NCBI RefSeq assembly: GCF_006345805.1
Contig: NW_021834204.1
Span: 1 to 64,000, forward strand
Direction: 5' to 3'
Length of the DNA stretch: 64,000 nucleotides
DNA from: Octopus sinensis
Lineage: Eukaryota
This document shows positions 36,542-50,993 of this stretch, piece after piece. The notes beneath the pieces are model-generated. The model searched no databases. It was not told where the DNA came from and worked only from the letters and a program-made list of their open reading frames with translations. A program made the translations under genes and the position numbers. Positions within the stretch are counted from its first letter, which is position 1; each line of letters opens with the position of its first letter.

Positions 36542-37669
36542 ATCGCTGCTGCTGATGAAGATGATGATGATGATGATGATGTTGTTGATGACAATGATGG
36601 TATTGCTGATGATGATAATGAGGAGGAGGAGGGGAAGGAGGAGGCAGAGGGTGATGATGACGATGATGATGAGAACGAGGAGGAGGAGGACGAGGAGAAG
36701 AAGGAAGAATCATGGAGAATGTGATAATGATTGATGGCTTGCTGGTGGTGGCAGTGACAATCAGACCCGGTGATGATCTGTTAGCAATGGTATTCATGAT
36801 GATGGCAATCAAGATGGCCGTGGATGTGTTGTCGTTGTTGTTGTTATTGGCTGTTAGTGGGTTGTAGTTGTGGTAATGATTTTGGCAGTGGTAATGCTAG
36901 CGGTAGTATTTATTCATGATATTTATGATGATGATGATGACATTGTTGTTGTTGTTGTTGATGATGATGACGATGATGATCATGGTGATGACCATGGGGA
37001 TCATGATAATGTTGTTGACGAAGATGATCGTGTTGGTAAATATCGCTGAAGATGACTGCGAGAGCGATGTAGGACGAGGAGGAGGAGGAGGGGGAGGAGG
37101 GGAAAGAGAAGGAGGTGGTGTTACAAATGATCAATGAAGATTGGTAGTGGTGGTGGGTGGCGGTGGTATTAATAATGATAATGTCGATGAGTGATAGCCG
37201 TCGTGATGGAAGGAAATATCACCACTACCAAAATCATCATTATCCTCCTCCTCCTCATCATGATCATCGTCATCGTCATCATCATTATCATCATCCCCAT
37301 CGTCGTCATCATCATCATCATCCTCCTCCTCCTCCTCCTCCTCCTCATCATCATCATCATTATCGTCAACACCATTATCTTCGTCGTCATCATAACCGCC
37401 ACTACCACCACCAGCACCACCAGCACCACCACCACCACTACCACCACCACCACCACCACCACCACCATCATTATTATCTATTTCTCTTCCGTTAAACAAA
37501 TTACCAGGCTCTCTTTGCACAGCGTACCTTTCATGTTGTGGAAAAAATTTCGGGGGTAAAAATCAAATCGCAAAAGTGATTTATATCAGGGCGTTGATGT
37601 TAATGACGATGATGATGGGAATAATAATAATAATAATGATAATAATAATAATAATAATAAATAATAATG

Positions 37670-37701
<32 letters not shown>

Positions 37702-37781
37702 TAATAATAATAATAAATAATAATGATAATAATAATAATAATAATAATAATATAATAATAATAATAACAATAATAATAATG

Positions 37782-37822
<41 letters not shown>

Positions 37823-37852
37823 TAATAATAATAATAATATATAATAATAATA

Positions 37853-37906
<54 letters not shown>

Positions 37907-38469
37907 TAATAATAATGGTGATGATGATGATGTCAATTTGAACATATAGAATTTTTGAAGATTGTTAATCACAAAAACTGTGAATAAGACCACAAAGGGA
38001 AATGAAACAAAACAAACAAAAATTAGTAAAAAAAAAAAGCAAAAAGTATAAACCGACAAAAATCAACAACAACAACAACAACGACAATAATGACAACAAG
38101 AAAAGGCATTATTTCAACAGCTAATCATTGATTTAAGTATTTTGTTTTATTTTTTATTTTTTATTTATATTTATTACCCGTTATTTTTTGTACCGTTTGA
38201 TTTGTTTTTTTATTTAATTATTTAATTATTTTTATATATTTATTTGATAATGTATTTTTTAAAATTTTAACATCATCATCATCATCATCATCATCATCAT
38301 GAGCAGCAATAACAACAAGAATAAAATAACAAGAAATTAATGCAAACATACAAAAAAAAACAAAAACAAACTATTCAAACGGAATGCCAATGAACAACAA
38401 AACGAAATAACAAAAACAATGAAATAAAAATATAATAATAGTAATAATAATAACAACAACAACAACAAC

Positions 38470-38509
<40 letters not shown>

Positions 38510-38754
38510 TATTAATAATATAATAATAATAATATAATAATAATAATAATAATGATAATAATAATAATAACAATAATATAATAATAATAATAATATAATA
38601 ATAATAATGATAATAATAATAATAATGATAATATAATAATAATAATAATAACAATAATAATATAATAATAATATAATATAATAATGATATAATAATAATG
38701 ATAATAATAATAATAATAACAATAATAATAATAAAATAAAATCATAATATAATG

Positions 38755-38788
<34 letters not shown>

Positions 38789-38797
38789 TAATATAAC

Positions 38798-38865
<68 letters not shown>

Positions 38866-38971
38866 AAATAATAATAATCATGATGATGAGGATGATGATG
38901 ATGTTCATGATGGGGGCCATGATAATAATATGGATGATGTTATGGATGGTGGAGATGACGATGACGAAGAT

Positions 38972-39002
<31 letters not shown>

Positions 39003-39469
39003 CGATGATATGATGATGATGATGATCTTGATATGATAATAAAAAAATAATAATATTAATAATAAAGTAATAAGGCATTTGCAATACAAATGAAATAAAA
39101 AAAAGCAGAAAATACGCTGATAACAAAATAATTTCTACTTCAACAAAAGCGCCCCCACACAAGTTTGCAACTGAAAAAAAAAAACAAAACAGTAATAAAC
39201 AAAACAATAAACAACGAATAATTTTATTAAAATCAATATAGAAATCAATCATTGATTGGATTTGTGTAAAATTTCACTCCACTTGGTTTTTGCCAAAGTT
39301 AACTATTTTTTCTTCTTTGCAACAGATAGTTTTATATCAAATTGCTGCCTGGTTTTAATTGATCTAGAGAAGGTTCACTTCGATGATTATTAAGTTTTCT
39401 TTTATCCGCTTATTTGGTGAAATTATCGAACATTTTAAATTACTCATTCTATCCTCAAGCAAAATAAAT

Positions 39470-39842
39470 AAATAAATAATATATATATATATATATATGC
39501 GTAATATACACGTAAACACACGCACACATATATATACAAACACATATATACATATATATATATATATTATATATATATTATATATATATATATATATATA
39601 CAAAATATACATATATACACACATGAGATATAAATATATATATGTGTATACGCATGTATATATGTATATATATTTGTAAATATATATTATATATATATAT
39701 ATATATACTATATGTAGATGTAAATACGCGCACACACACATATATGCATGTATACATGTGTATTTGTGTTAAACTAAATAATGAAATAAGATACAGAAAT
39801 AAAATTAAATAACATTATCGTCAGCGTTTATTATTATCATCA

Positions 39843-39908
<66 letters not shown>

Positions 39909-39950
39909 ATTAATTATTATTATTATTATTATTATATTATTATCATCGCT
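39470..39950. repeat. (TA)n and (ATT)n microsatellites
   Basis: Directly visible. Confidence 0.9.
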
Positions 39951-40419
39951 ATTGATATTTGTTATCTATTTTGTTATTTGCGGTATTCATTGTTTATTGT
40001 TGTTATGATATTTTCATGATCTGTTATTTGGTTAAAATTACCACACTTCTATGCAAAAATGAATTTTCACAAACAGACGACCATTTTAATCAAAACATTT
40101 TTACACATACACAGACAGACGCTCGCACACATGAACAAATAAACACATAGAAATCCCGCCACAAACATATTACGAATGCATAACCAGGTATAGTAATATA
40201 AACGCTCATGCGTATATTGTTATACTTCTGCATTTGCATATATACACACTTGAATACATCTCAGTGACATAATAATTCGCTCATTCACACATTCATTAAC
40301 TCACTAATTCTGAAGCTATCGTTCTTACTACCCCTTGCATGGTTTCGCCTTAGTATTTGTCTACCTCTCTTCAACCTCTCTCTCCTTTTCTCTCTTCATC
40401 ATATAGTCATTTCTATGTA

Positions 40420-40650
<231 letters not shown>

Positions 40651-41100
40651 GAGAAGTTTTGGCATCCAGAAGACCCAAAAGGCAGGTAACGCATATTATT
40701 TTGTCATCCATTTATTAGCACATACATATATGTACACATATATACATTTATAGATAAATGCATATATGCATACACACACACATGTATATTTAGATAAGGA
40801 GTAGGGACTACAATCATCACTACAAGGCATGATGCCCCTGCCTTATGTGAGTCCTAGGCCTAGCTGATTCAGGCTGACATTACCTGGAATGGGTCTCTGT
40901 TGAAAGTTACATCTCTCTGCATTCGATAGTGTTGAGAAATGTGGTTCAGAGGGAGAGCAATGCGCCACTATTTAAATTACTACAAAAACGAGTCGCCCGA
41001 TTCTCTATGAAAAATGGGAGAAGCTAATACATACGCACGCGCACACACATCTGTGTGTGAGTGTGTGTCTGTCTGTCCGTCTGTCTGTCTGTCTGTCTGG

Positions 41101-41146
<46 letters not shown>

Positions 41147-42651
41147 CTCTATCTATCTTTCTACCTAATTATCTTCCTGTCTATCTCTCTCATTACACAC
41201 ATTCACACATACACACACACACACAGAGTATATCGTTTAAGAAACATAATTAACTCACTGTGAGACATAAGCAAGCTGGTTACATCACAAGTTTTATCAT
41301 TCCATTCGGATTGATTTGACCAGTTCCTGAGTTGGTCAGACCTTTATCAGAGAAATTATATCCATTTTCTGGCTGGAGAAAGATAAGTTCTAGTGCAAAC
41401 AAAACTCGGACAAAGTCGAATTACCCTGCTGTGTTTGTATAACAGCGCTTGCTCTAAATAACTTGAATTAATGCTTATTTAATTGTTCACTACACAGCGT
41501 TTTCCGAGCAATTTAAAATAATAGTGTACTTTTCAATAATCATACAAATTATTTGAAAGACATTAAGAGTTAATTAATTGATGCGGCCAGTTCATGTACT
41601 GTTATGCAAATTAGACAAGTAGGTTCAGCTTCGTTACTGTTTGCGACCAGAGTAAATAGTTATAAGCTAATGATATAGCCGGGGACAAGAGATGTCCTTC
41701 ATTTATTTACTGGTGAGGTTTTAACAAGACCAGAAACTAAACTCGGATTCAGTTTTTCCTGCCCACTCCTGTATAAAAGTCTGTGGTGTTACCAACTTGT
41801 CTACTTTTCAGAGACTGGATCTAATTGTATGTATGTATGTATATGTGTTTGTATATGCATAACTGGTCGTGCTTAACTTTGCATATCCAACTGAGACTGA
41901 CAATTCAAAATATTTTTTGAAGAATATTACAAATACAAACAGAAAAACAACTGGTAGCAGCTATCACCAAATTACCAAGAAGCTTAAAAATTTGCAGCTT
42001 AACTTAAAATAGATGATAGAACTAAACGTTTAGCATTGCATAAATCACTACATTGCTTTCAAAGATTTTAAACATAATTCTAAAGCTGATTCCAAGTGTA
42101 GATTTATTAACACAGTAAAATGCGAATTAGGTAAATTAGTAATTATAATTTGGATTCGGCTACCTTAAAAATTAGTCCAGCCGGAAATTTGCCCACATGG
42201 AAAAAATAGCGCTAGTGTAGTTAATTGGTTAAATTATATACAAGCAAGTCTGAGGAGCTTTCGATTGGATTGTGACGGAATCTTCTGCATATTTTATCGA
42301 ACTATGAAAAACGAAACCTAATATCGTTCTTAAGATCTTAACTCGGAACGTCGAGCCAACGCTGTGATTGAATAAACGCATTGACGAGAGCAAATGCAAG
42401 CAAATGTAAACAATTTTTGTAAACATTTTTGAAAATATCTGTGGACAAGAAGTAGAAGGGTTGGCCTTACTGGTTTCAAATTATGGCAAAAACTAATAAA
42501 CATACCTTAATTTGCATTTCAAGTTATAGAATAGGCTAGTGCACCGTTAATGAATTAGTACACACATACATACACACTCACACACATACACACACATTTT
42601 GCTTTATATTTCACGCTGAAGTTTCTCTCAGATTGTCACAGTTCCGTTTTT

Positions 42652-43077
42652 GAATCTTTTCGGTTTGAACGGCAGTTTTTTCTAGTGGTGTCATATGAAA
42701 TTGTCACCCATAATTATGACCCTAGTATCGATCTATTGCATTTCAATCTGTTTTAGGGTTAGGGTTATGGTTAGGGGTGGGGGGAAGGGTATCTTTTTTT
42801 CTTCAGAAATGTAAATAAACCCAATCTGTTTCTTAAACTAGAGACATATTCATACGGCACAGAATGTTTTTTTTTTACCTCAATAGACGTGAGTGATTGG
42901 CTGAAATTGCAGAAATTGAAGAAAAAAACAACAAATATCTTACAAACTATAGAATTTTCTCAATAAAGCCAAGAGAAAAAGATGTTTTATAAACACATTC
43001 TACCAGTATACGAAGTTTAAAATTTTTCAGTTACCTAGAAATTATGTTAAAAACTGCCGTTCAAACCGAAAAGATCC
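42652..43077. mobile_element. 426-bp non-autonomous DNA transposon (MITE), Merlin- or MULE-like
   Basis: 29-bp TIRs G(A/G)ATCTTTTCGGTTTGAACGGCAGTTTTT with one mismatch; perfect 8-bp TSD CCGTTTTT (42644-42651, 43078-43085). Superfamily is inferred from TSD length and the GG-like terminus. Confidence 0.88.
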
Positions 43078-43889
43078 CCGTTTTTCACTGCAACCGGATC
43101 TTCACTGGAGTTGACATATTCCTTGATAAATACATACATACGCACGTACAAGCATAAGTATACACACGTGCATACAAATATATAAGTACACGGGCACACA
43201 TGCACACACATACACGCGCACATACACACACACCACACACACACACACCACACACACACACACGTCACATATACATATGGCGTCAACTGAAAAACAGCCT
43301 TGATTCCCACTGGTTACTCATTTTTAATTCCATTTGAAATCTCACGTGTTTGCATCCACACTTAATTTAGAAATACATATGTTCCGTTTTCAATTTTCGA
43401 TTAGTCATAAAAAGATGATTTTATTACGATATTTAAAAGTTGTAAAAGTTAATTGCACCCACAAACATTCATACGCACATACATGTGTTTGTGTATGTGC
43501 GCACATGTGCATTGAATTCTCCGTCCAGTTGGTTCCACTCTTGTTGTAGACACAAACGGTGCTGTTTCACAAATATAACTTTCGACTCCACAACAACCAC
43601 GATAATTACAGTCACTGGCTCGGGAACGAAATTTCTTTAGTGGGTGCAAACCCAGACCCTAAAAGCTTTTACAAATATAGTCATGCTTATTTATTTATTG
43701 ATGTTCTTTATCCTTTGAGAAGAAACCTAATTCAAAGTACTTTTTACAGATCACCTTTTATTCACTGTTTTCTAAACCTGAGAAAAGTAAGTAAAGGTGC
43801 AACTTTTGATTTTGCACTCCACAAAACTTTTAGGGGGTGCTCTTGCACCCTCTGTACCCCCAGTTCCCGGGCCCATGAGTACAATCATT

Positions 43890-44558
43890 AGAAGCAGTAT
43901 GGTGAGAAGCACAAGGCCAGTAGTTTTGAAAGGAGGGTGATAGTCTATTACATCGACGACTTCTGCACTTTAATACTAGTGTTTTATTGACACCATAAGG
44001 ATGAAAAGCACGGTCGAACTCGATGGGATTTGTACTCGAAACGTAAGGACGAACGGACAAAATGCCACTAAGCATTTTCTCCGGTGTGATAACAATTCTG
44101 CCAGCTTGTCGCCTTATATAACTAAAATAATCCTTTCTGCTACAGACACAAGGACTGTTATTTTTGGGAAATGGACTAGTCTATTACATCTACTCCATTG
44201 CTCAACAGGTACTTATTTTATCGACTCCGAAAGAATGAAAGGCAAAGTCAACCTCAGCTGAATTTGAACTCGGAACATAAAGTCGGACAAAATGCTGCCA
44301 AGCATTTTATCCGGCCTGCTAGCGATTCTGTCAGCTCACCGCCTAATATAACTTTATAATAATGACTTCAAATTTTGTCTCAAGGCTAGCAATTTCGGTA
44401 GAGTCAATTATATTGACCCCAATGTCCAAGTTGTACTTAATTTATCGACTCCGAAGGGATGAACGGCAAAGTCGACCTCAGTGGAATTTGATCTCAGAAC
44501 GTAAGGAGGGACGAAACGCCGCTAAGCATTTTGCTTGGTTTGCTAACATTTCTCCCAT
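43890..44558 (-). mobile_element. Head-to-tail stack of three diverged SINE family A copies
   Basis: Three family A cores separated or bounded by ATATAACT(TT/AA)A(T/A)AATAAT-like motifs at 44116, 44346 and 44559. Confidence 0.8.
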
Positions 44559-45444
44559 ATATAACTTTATAATAATATCAACAACTTCTGTTTCCTCTCT
44601 GTAGTTAATGACACGAGTTGTTTGTAATAATAACTTACAAGTAAAATATAATCTTTGACTGAAGATGTGTGAGTCCCATCTACTCATAATGGCGGATCAA
44701 ATGGTAGTCCTATTCCAGATTTCTCCATCAGCTGCGTGTTCTAGTGTATTTTTCTATTGCTTGTCGGCAATCTCCAGGTTTTCCTGAGGACTTATTGTAA
44801 TTATTTAGTTCTAGATCACTCCTTGTCAATCAGACATATATACCGAAGGCATTCTAACCATAAACGTGTTATTTTATTTTGACACAATAATTTCGGGACT
44901 ACATATCTGATGCATCTTCTTTGTCACGATGGTAGGATGTGATTTAAGGTATATTTAGATGCTATTTATGGCAATTATTAAAAAAAAATGTTTTCAGCAT
45001 GCCCAGAGAGCTGACTAGAAAACTCAGTAACATCGTACAAAATACTTTGCGATTTTCGGTCACCAGAAGGTTCTGGGTTCAAATTCCATACATTCCATTA
45101 CACATTCATCCTTTCTTGATCAATAAAATTAGCATTGATCTAAGAATACTGAGTGAGGTTCAATGTTATCAGTTATACCCTTGAAGGTCGAGCCAAACTA
45201 TAGCACATTTCAATTACAGAAACCAATGAAAAAATATAATCGATGACCCCATTGGATTCTTAATACACTATCGAAGACATTTCAGTCTACATTTACTTAT
45301 TTAAAAGAAGTGTACATCAGATCAGTTTCCAATTATTATCAGTTAATTACTAGGTTAATTATTATAATTATTATCGGGGTTCCTATTCTAATATTAACTG
45401 TGTGGCTCAGTAAGAAATGAATAGTCTAATTATGAAAGTTAACA

Positions 45445-46011
45445 GGCGGCGTTAGCACGCCGGGCGAAGTGCTTCGCGGTATTTCGTCTGCCGCTACGTT
45501 CTGAGTTCAAATTCCGCCGAGGTCGACTTTGCCTTTCATCCTTTCGGGGTCGATTAAATAAGTACCAGTTACACATTGGGGTCGATATAATCGACTTAAT
45601 CCGTTTGTCTGTCCTTGTTTGTCCCCTCTGTGTTTAACCCCTTGTGGGTAGTAAAGAAATAGGTATTTGGTCTGCCGCTACGTTCTGAGTTCAAATTTCG
45701 CCGAGGTCAACTTTGCCTTTCATCCTTTCGGAGTCGATTAAATAAGAACCAGTTACGCACTGGGGTCAATGTAATCGACTTAATACCTATGTCTGTCCTT
45801 GTTTGTCCTCTCTGTGTTTAGCCTCTTGTGGGTAGTAAAGAAATAGATATTTCGTCTGTCTTTACGTTCTGAGTTCAAATTCCGCCGAGGACGATTTTGC
45901 CTTGCACCCTTTCGGGGTCGATACATTAAGTACCAGTTGCACACTGGGATCGGGATAATCGACTGGGCCCCCTCCCCCAAAATTTCGGGCCTTGTTCCTA
46001 GAGTAGAAAAG
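45445..46011 (+). mobile_element. Trimeric SINE family A element
   Basis: One head and three cores, with junctions AAAGAAATAG(G/A)TATTT. Ends with CCTTGTTCCTAGAGTAGAAAAG, as does 22055-23060. Confidence 0.9.
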
Positions 46012-47064
46012 AATAGTTAATGTTTTGGACTGTTATTTCAAAAGACTTTAAAGAGTATCAGCAGAAAATATACCGATGGTATGAGAGTCAATACTAAAAC
46101 CAGGTGAATAAGTCGTCAGGTGAAACTAATTTTATACAAATATTGATATATTTTTACTCAGACAGAGAAAATAGCAATATTTTAAGGGAAAAAAAACTAA
46201 TTTTTATTTGTTACGTGCATAGTTTCGATTATATTGCAGGGTGTCAAGTATCAATGTCAGAAAAGTCCATTTCTGATCTCCGGTTTATTTGTATGTTTGA
46301 TATTATATATCAATTTCTAATAGAGGAACAAGGTATTAAATTTAAGAGAAGAATATATCGAAAATATCGAACCCCAGTATTCGATTAGTACATATTTTGT
46401 CATCCTTGGGAGGATGAAAGAAAAACGCTAAACATGATGGGATTTCAGTCAAAACGTAAAACGTTGTAAATAACTTTACGTTGCTGTACAAGGTATGTGC
46501 TAACAATTATTGGTTTCTTCTGTCTAAACATTGAGGCCCTGTCTTTCAAAAGTTGTAAAAACAGGATTCGTAACAATTACACTGTGTAACACGATTTTTC
46601 TCCATGAGTAAGCAGCTGTTATTTCCTATTTGCTTACTCCCAGAAAGTATGAAAAATAGCTAATATTTCTTTCAAACTTTGCTTTTGTTACTTTTATTCA
46701 TACCCCCCAAAGAATCCCTCTCAACACATGGCTATGATGCTCTCCCACTAGACCTGCTCATCATCAGAAATGCACACATTGTCACCCACTATGAGACATG
46801 CTCAAATCTTTAAAGTCAGGCAAAACTGTGATATTAAACAGAATATTTGCAGATATTTGTGCTTCAGTAACTTAGCGTTGAATCGGTCTGAAATGTAATG
46901 GAAAATAGGTCAGTTTCAAAATATTGATGTCCAGGTCCTAAAAGCAAAGTTTGAAGAGAATAGCAGTCATTTCCTTTGATTTCTAGATAGAAACAAATAG
47001 GAAATAACACTTACTGACCAAAAATCAATCAATAAATAAATAGAATAAAATAAAAAATTTGTTA

Positions 47065-47199
47065 CATAGTCTGTTGTGTCTGGGGAGAGTCATTTTCCTT
47101 TTGTGCCTTATAATGTAACACCCTCACCGGTGAAATTTCCACTTTTTTCTTATTTTCCTAAAAAAAGAAAATGACTCGCCCCAGACACAACAGAATATG
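47065..47199. mobile_element. 135-bp MITE-like element
   Basis: 33-bp inverted repeats CATA(G/T)TCTGTTGTGTCTGGGG(A/C)GAGTCATTTTC (47065-47097, 47167-47199) with two mismatches. No TSD seen. Confidence 0.7.
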
Positions 47200-47485
47200 C
47201 TTCAACACACGAACTCATATAAAGAATTTTGCAAACCAAATCCCAAAACTAAATATTGTTACATAGTGTTATTCTTTTCTTAGATATTATTAACGTAGAT
47301 GAAAAAAAAAAAGAAGAATTTTCAGTTGGTATATGAAACCATATCATACTACCAGAAGCTTATCTCTTGCACTATAACTCAAGTACTTTTAAAATAGGAT
47401 TATTTATTTATATACTTATTTTCTTAGATACAAAAGCCTCATACATGGTAAAGAAAGAAAATGACAAATAGTGATAGTTGATGCT

Positions 47486-47871
47486 GGAAGCACTCCGTCG
47501 GTTCCGACGATGAGGGTTCCGGTTGATCCGAATCAACGGAACAGCCTGCTCGTGAAATTAACGTGTAAGTGGCTGAGCACTCCACAGACACGTGTACCCT
47601 TAACGTAGTTCTCGGGGATATTCAGCGTGACACAGAGAGTGACAAGGCCGGCCCTTTGAAATACAGGTACAACAGAAACAGGAAGTAAGAGTGAGAGAGA
47701 GTTGTGGTGAAAGAGTACAGCAGGGATCACCACCATCCCCTGCCGGAGCCTCGTGGAGCTTTTAGGTGTTTTCGCTCAATAAACACTCACAACGCCCGGT
47801 CTGGGAATCGAAACCGCGATCCTACGACCGCGCGTCCGCTGCCCTAACCACTGGGCCATTGTGCCTCCACA
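47486..47871 (-). mobile_element. Full-length tRNA-derived SINE (family D) with 12-bp TSD
   Basis: Minus-strand A-box TGGCCCAGTGG and B-box GTTTCGATTCCC; TSD ATAGTTGATGCT at 47474-47485 and 47872-47883. Confidence 0.93.
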
Positions 47872-48349
47872 ATAGTTGATGCTAATGTGCAATCGGAAAC
47901 TGAAACCGTGATGGTCTTTTTGGATTGCTGGGAATTTACCTATCGCTTTTTAGTAAACGCCCCTTTTGGTAATGGATATTATTTAGTGTCACCAGAGAAC
48001 ATTTATTTTAGCAGAACAAAAAAGATTGAATTAGCCGTCAATTACTTTAAACTCTATTACATATTTAGATAAGAAATAACATGGAAACTATATCAATTAT
48101 TTACTGCCAACCATTATTACAAATCTGGCAATTTTCTACGGAGTGAATAAAAAAAGACAAACGATTTCTCGGTTTAAAAGGAATACATTATCAACATAAT
48201 GGCGCCAGTCTCAAGTCTGAAAGCGGAGAGCTTGTTGTGGAATGACCGCTTGAAAACAATCTAAATATTAACGGATGCCCATATTAACAGACAACTGTAG
48301 AAAGCTGAGTCGGATTTGCATACGTATACACAAACAAACACTCAAATAT

Positions 48350-48450
48350 ATTTACACATATGTATACGTTAGAAGATTTAGATAGGTATATATATATACA
48401 TAATATATATATACATATATATATACACACAAATATATATATATATATAC

Positions 48451-48481
<31 letters not shown>

Positions 48482-48494
48482 CATATACACACAC

Positions 48495-48532
<38 letters not shown>

Positions 48533-48558
48533 TATATACATATACACACACATATATA

Positions 48559-48598
<40 letters not shown>

Positions 48599-48608
48599 CT
48601 TATATATA

Positions 48609-48648
<40 letters not shown>

Positions 48649-48830
48649 ATATATATATATATACACACACACACACATTAACACATATATAAGAATTTAT
48701 ATACATAACCTAATATTAACAAATGTATAAAAATACATGTAAGTACATTAGACATGCGCACTTATACCGACGTACACATACACAAACAGTGCGCTTACTT
48801 ACATACATATATACACACACACACAAACAC
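48350..48830. repeat. (TA)n/(CA)n microsatellite block
   Basis: Directly visible. Confidence 0.93.
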
Positions 48831-49105
48831 ATATATGATTAAACAAGCTGTCTGTCATCATATTAAGTAGAATTATCACGAGCATCAGTAAGCATACCAG
48901 ATTTGGCATCGGCCGAAACAGACAAACAAAACCCTCCTTCCTTTCTTCTCATCGCTAATGTGACATTCTGTATACTCTATGTTACAGATCTTATAAATCG
49001 CTGTGTAGTTAATTTGTTCCTTACACCACTTTCGTCTCCTCCGGCACTCAATATTGTGCTCTCTTCAGAACATGCCACATAAAAAACGACGCTCACAAAT
49101 ATATA

Positions 49106-49324
49106 TTTCTTTACAACCCACAAAGGGCTAAACACAGAGGAGACAAACAAGGACAGACAAACGGATTACGTCGACCCCAGTGCGTAACTGGTACTTAATT
49201 TATCGACCCCGAAAGGATGAAAGGCAAAGTCGACCTCGGCGGAATTTGAACTCAGAACGTAACGGCAGACGAAATACAGCTACGCATTTCGCCTAGCGTG
49301 CTAACGTTTCTGCCAGCTCGCCGC
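49106..49324 (-). mobile_element. SINE family A monomer with 14-bp TSD
   Basis: Family A sequence; CTCACAAATATATA at 49092-49105 and 49325-49338. Confidence 0.92.
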
Positions 49325-49592
49325 CTCACAAATATATACACAGACTGGCCTATATACACATATACAGCCATATACACAATCAATGTATACACTTGTATGA
49401 GCCACAATAGATATCGTACCAAATAGAATATTCAATTATGTGACTGACTTCACAATTTTTTAAATAATTTTTCATGTAAAACACAACTAAATATGCACGA
49501 CAAACAGTGAGAAACTTCATTAGAAACTACATCAACACATCAGATGCTAATATTTTACAAAGGTCACGTGCAACCTACATTGGAATACTGCC

Positions 49593-49627
<35 letters not shown>

Positions 49628-49803
49628 ATATACCAGTGCTGTTGCTTATAATCACATCAGCATCAAGGGTAATTAACAAAACTTGCATAACAGATTCACA
49701 TCCTAACGTGTTCGGTCCTCTGAATGACTAATACGCGGTTCCCGTTCTTTGCTTCTTATGTCGATACTACAACAGTTTGTGCTCCATGCTAATCTACTTA
49801 GCC

Positions 49804-50081
49804 CAGTGGTTCTTAACCAGTTTCTGCCTACCAACCCCTTTGATTCCTGTTTTACCTAGGGATGGGTACCCTTCATAACCATTCGATGCCTAAAAGCCCT
49901 TATATCTTTATAAGGAATTGTATAAAAAGTGTTTAAATATTTTGTGTACTTTAGAAATATAACTAGTTCATGGCACATAAATTTTAACAACAAAATGTAC
50001 GAACCCCTGAGGAAGTTATATAGATCTCGAAGGGCCATATAGTCCTCCAAAGGTCATTTGGGCTCTGGTTGAGAACCACTG
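49804..50081. mobile_element. hAT (Charlie-like) MITE
   Basis: 15-bp TIRs CAGTGGTTCTTAACC / GGTTGAGAACCACTG; degenerate 8-bp TSD ACTTAGCC / ATTTAGCT. Confidence 0.8.
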
Positions 50082-50884
50082 ATTTAGCTGCATATGCTCT
50101 CCACTTTCGGTCACTTTTTTCAAAAGTCTCTCCTCTTCCTGCGACTTTTCCTGTGTCTCACTTCTCAGATCCTGATCGAAACATTTTGCCCAGTTGTCTT
50201 TTCAACTAAAACGGACGAAATTACCGCCAAAGCTTACTTTTTCATGCAGATGTTTAAGCTGCACATCAAGTGCATCAGTTGCACCAGCATAGAAGGCTAT
50301 ATGGAGGTCATATGCACAGAAATATTATTTAAAATATGTAAACAAAGTCATACTGGTGATGAGAGCAAGTTTACGAGGTTGATGGAGACGACAACCCTCG
50401 AACACTGACATTTATGTGTTCCAGCTCTCTGTCCTCTGAGTTCAGATCCTGCAGAGGTCGACCACGCTTTCAACTCTTCGGGGTCAATAAACAAAGTACT
50501 AGTAAAAAACAGGGACGTTTTTAGTCCCAACTGTTTCGCTCTCACTCTTTCTTTCTTTTACAATTGATAATGGTGAAGATACCAAGAAAAGAGCGATTGC
50601 ATAGTGGCACAGCAAGTCAGTTAGCCATTTTCTATAAACTCACTATAAAGATCTCTAAAGCGACTGTTTCAGTTACATTTTTTTCTTTTTGATATCTTCA
50701 TTAGGAGCCGATACTCCATGGTCTATTGCATATTCAATAAGCTAGTGAGAGTGTTTCTACGTGAGCGGTTGCTCGAAATGCGAGATATAGCAGTCAAAAG
50801 TGAGATGAAGAAAAAAAAAACTTCACTAATGGACAGGTTCTTTATTTAACGAACGAAATTGATGATCGTCTGTTCTACTATACC

Positions 50885-50993
50885 CAGGGCTATAGGAGAG
50901 GACACTTGTCCAAGGTGCTGCGCAGAGAGACTGAACCCAAAACCACGTAGTTGTCATGCAACCTTCTTTAACCACACAGCCATGCTTGCGCCC
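50885..50993 (-). mobile_element. Degenerate SINE family B head
   Basis: GCTATAGGAGAGGACACTTGTCCAAGGTGC..ACCACACAGCCATGCTTGCGCC. Confidence 0.75.

Larger units (their letters stand above)
33360..39050. repeat. About 5.7-kb trinucleotide low-complexity domain: (CAT), (CAC), (GAT), (GGT), (AAT)
   Basis: Directly visible; accounts for all poly-D/H/I/M/T/Y ORFs in this interval. Confidence 0.93.

Noticed and set aside
36245-36724. Acidic poly-D/E ORF resembling shell-matrix proteins
   Set aside because: It starts in a (TG)n tract and is an automatic product of (GAT)n/(GAG)n.
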